Assembly (NCBI GenBank): GCA_964188305.1
Contig: OZ076895.1
Direction: 5' to 3' (one strand)
Length of the DNA: 64,000 bases
Source of the DNA: Podarcis bocagei
Taxonomy: Eukaryota
Part shown: positions 61,309 to 64,000 of the stretch, one piece after another
Layout of the letters: each line of letters begins with the position of its first letter
Position numbering within the stretch: position 1 is the stretch's first letter
Program-made: the position numbers and the translations under genes
Notes under the pieces: model-generated
The model's database searches: none
What the model saw: the letters and a program-made list of their open reading frames with translations, nothing else
What the model was told of the DNA's origin: nothing

Positions 61309-62944
61309 CATCCAGCTATTGATATTTGTTTGAGCACCATCAGTATGGTTCAGGAGTCACCAGTTTTGTGCCCATGGCTGGAGCGGGATAGGTCTTCCTT
61401 GGCCCCATCCTTCCACTGAAATTACTGTAGTCAGTAGAATTAGTTTTGGTGTGTGCTTTGTGGCATGCTGCCCATTGACAGTTTCTCCAGATTGGGCCCA
61501 AAGGTTGGTGAGTTCACTAGTCTGCAATCCTGTGCAAATTTAAGAGCAAGTTCCCCTGAATACAGTGGGGCAACTTACAATTTAAATGTATTTTAGGATC
61601 TGATCACACAATAGATGGGAATAAGGGTTGGATTTGCTAATGCAACATTGATTGGAAAATGCTAATTGGTTAGGAGTGTAGAACTGGAGATTCTTGGGAT
61701 TAAAGGAATGCTTTGTGGAAGAGGGTGGAGCTCAGACAGGAAATGGAATTTGATATTTATGGTGTGGTGGTTCCAGCTGTAGGGTGCATTATGGCTGGAT
61801 GAGTAGTCGTAGGCAAAGAACTTCATGAACTCAGTAGTGATTTGGTGGCTTGCTGGGTAAATGGACTTAATCAATACAGCATATTGCTTTATCCCTCACA
61901 ACAAATATGCAAAAAATAATAATACATGTCCTTCCTGTTGAATAACTACTTAGTCTATAATAGCTATTTGCTGGGGTTTTATATTCAAAAGCTGTAGCTT
62001 AGATTATTTTTTTTATTCTCCCATAATCATGCATTGAACATTAGGTGGGAAATGTCCTGATGGTTATACTTGCAAAAAGTGGTTAAAATTGGACTAATCT
62101 GCTTGAAGTAATCTCTACTGGATGTGGCCAGATTTTTTTCACCCCAAATTGTAGTGGGCTACTATGGGTATCTGCTGCCTGTTTGACATTGCAATCTTCT
62201 TGAATTAGAAAGAAAAGCCAAGGTGGTAGGATGTTTGACTGCACTGGATTCCTCAGTATGTTGCTAAACGCACAAAGGTACTTAACAACTCTTTCTTCTT
62301 CACTGTTTACCTCATGTTTTTACAGAGCTGGGCTATAGTCATGGCCACTTACCCCCAAAGTCTTCTTAACTCACCTGTTTGCTTTGCTGGGGTTCTCCAC
62401 ATACATTTCTGCCTACAGTGTCCTAACATTGCTTGAAACCAGCAAGTAGGAGGGGGAACTAGATGTACAGTTATCTCTCTCTCTCTCTCTCTCTTTTTGC
62501 CAACTGTGTTTAACATCCTGTCTGCTTTGCCCCTAAATTTCCGATGTGTAGAAGGATTGCACAAGTCAGTGGGTTTAAAAGCGTGTTCTGGCCCTCCAGG
62601 CAATTCTGGCAATCCTGAAAGGTAACATGTCTGCACTTACGGATTATCTCATATAATGCACTGCCTAGGAGAGAGGCAGGTGCAGGGCATGTTTCATGTA
62701 GTCAGGGTGACGTCTAGGCCCAGTGGACCAGGGTATAGCTTCAAACGGACTTGAGACAAGCTATTGAGAATTCCCCAGAATCCTCTGCAATATGCAGAAA
62801 TTCCACAGCAGATGCTCAGGAGTTCCCTGGAGAAGATGCATCAACATAGACAGTGTTCCCTGAAAGAAAAAAAAAATGGAAAATGCTAGCAAAGATTGAA
62901 GTTATGAAACGTTAAAGAAGACTGAAATGATATACAGTTATATA

Positions 62945-63389
62945 CAGGCCTAGGACCCTCGTACCTACGGGACCACCTCTCCTGGTATGCCCCACAGAGA
63001 AACTTACGGTCTTCAAATAAAAACATCTTGAAGGTCCCAGGCCACAGAGAAGTTAGGCTGGCCTCAACTAGAGCCAGGGCTTTTTTGGCTGTGGCTCCGA
63101 CCTGGTGGAACACTCTGTCACAAGAGACTAGGGCCCTGCAGGACTTGACATCTTTCCGCAGGGCCTGCAAGACAGAGCTGTTCCACCAGGCCTTTGGCCA
63201 GGGCACAGCCTGACTCCCTCCCTCGGCAATCTTCGCGGAGCTCTGGCCCAATGGTTGCCAGTGGCCTGAATTAATTAATTTTATAATGAATGATTTTAGA
63301 ATGTTGTTTATGCTATACTTTTATACTGTTTTATTGTTGTTAGCCGCCCTGAGCCCGGCTTCGGCTGGGGAGGGCGGGATATAAATAAA

Positions 63390-63443
<54 letters not shown>
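62945..63443 (+). mobile_element. Young 5'-truncated L2 LINE with (TTA)n tail
   Basis: Open C-terminal frame GLGPSYLRDHL..Y.P.R.LRS...RAF..AP..WN.L.......FRRACKT.LF..AF, then 3' UTR, aataaa and (TTA)n. Confidence 0.9.
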
Positions 63444-63445
<2 letters not shown>

Positions 63446-64000
63446 CATCCCCCCCATTATTCTAGCTTGATTTTGTGTACTCCTTAGGATGTACATCAGT
63501 TTTACTTTTTCTTCTTCTTTTTGTGCAATTGCCCACTACTACCACATCACTGTTTTCTGATTGTGCCTATTGTAATTTATGTGGTGCTCACTAAAGACCT
63601 CAAAAAGTCAATCCTAAAGTGTTGAGAATTATCATGACTTCAGGATTAAACATTTTAAAGCACAGGATAAATGAACAGAGATGCATTTTCATGTTGTTAG
63701 TCATATATATCCCACCTTTCCTAATAAACTTGGCTGGACTTGACTCTGCCTTTTTAGCACCAGTTGAAAACGCTTCCGTTCTCCTGGAATTTTAACAGAT
63801 ATTATTTGTTTGTCCAATTAACTTTCTTTTTGTTAAGAACCAAAGAAGATCTCTGCTGTATCAGACCTAAGGCCTGTCTAGTCCAGCATATGATAATTTG
63901 CTTGTCCTTTTCTGCAGCTCTTCCAGTTTACTCTTCCACTTACTGTCTGAAAAATATTTTCACTTGATATTTGATATGTGTTGGTTTTAAATTGTTCTAG

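Overview
This is vertebrate genomic DNA. The repeat content indicates a squamate reptile, probably a lacertid lizard (inference). Bases 3222-43520 carry the + strand histone acetyltransferase gene EP300 (p300). Exons 4-31 (human numbering) are all present with GT-AG introns and a continuous reading frame ending LSQSTLDIH*; exons 1-3 lie upstream of the window. About 10 kb of TE-rich intergenic DNA follows, including a young RTE-X LINE with a 13-bp TSD. Next is a CpG-island promoter with a short first coding exon, probably L3MBTL2 by synteny. The first intron of that gene holds an antisense, apparently full-length L1 with two intact ORFs and an 11-bp TSD. Most notable observations: (i) two Tc2/pogo-type MITEs share termini but carry different GC-rich internal sequences with the same architecture, a 36-bp palindrome repeated at exactly 119 bp with a hairpin between; (ii) a 347-nt AG-free zone and candidate distant branch point precede EP300 exon 20, whose first AG adds an in-frame 10-aa insert (SSPKYGLLAD) to the RING region; (iii) L1 ORF2 has no in-frame AUG before its first endonuclease motif; (iv) the RTE-X ORF stop codon is the first unit of its (TGA)n tail; (v) Penelope-derived hammerhead ribozyme remnants; (vi) a pure (CAG)16 tract in EP300 exon 14. 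All family assignments are from motif recognition, not database searches.
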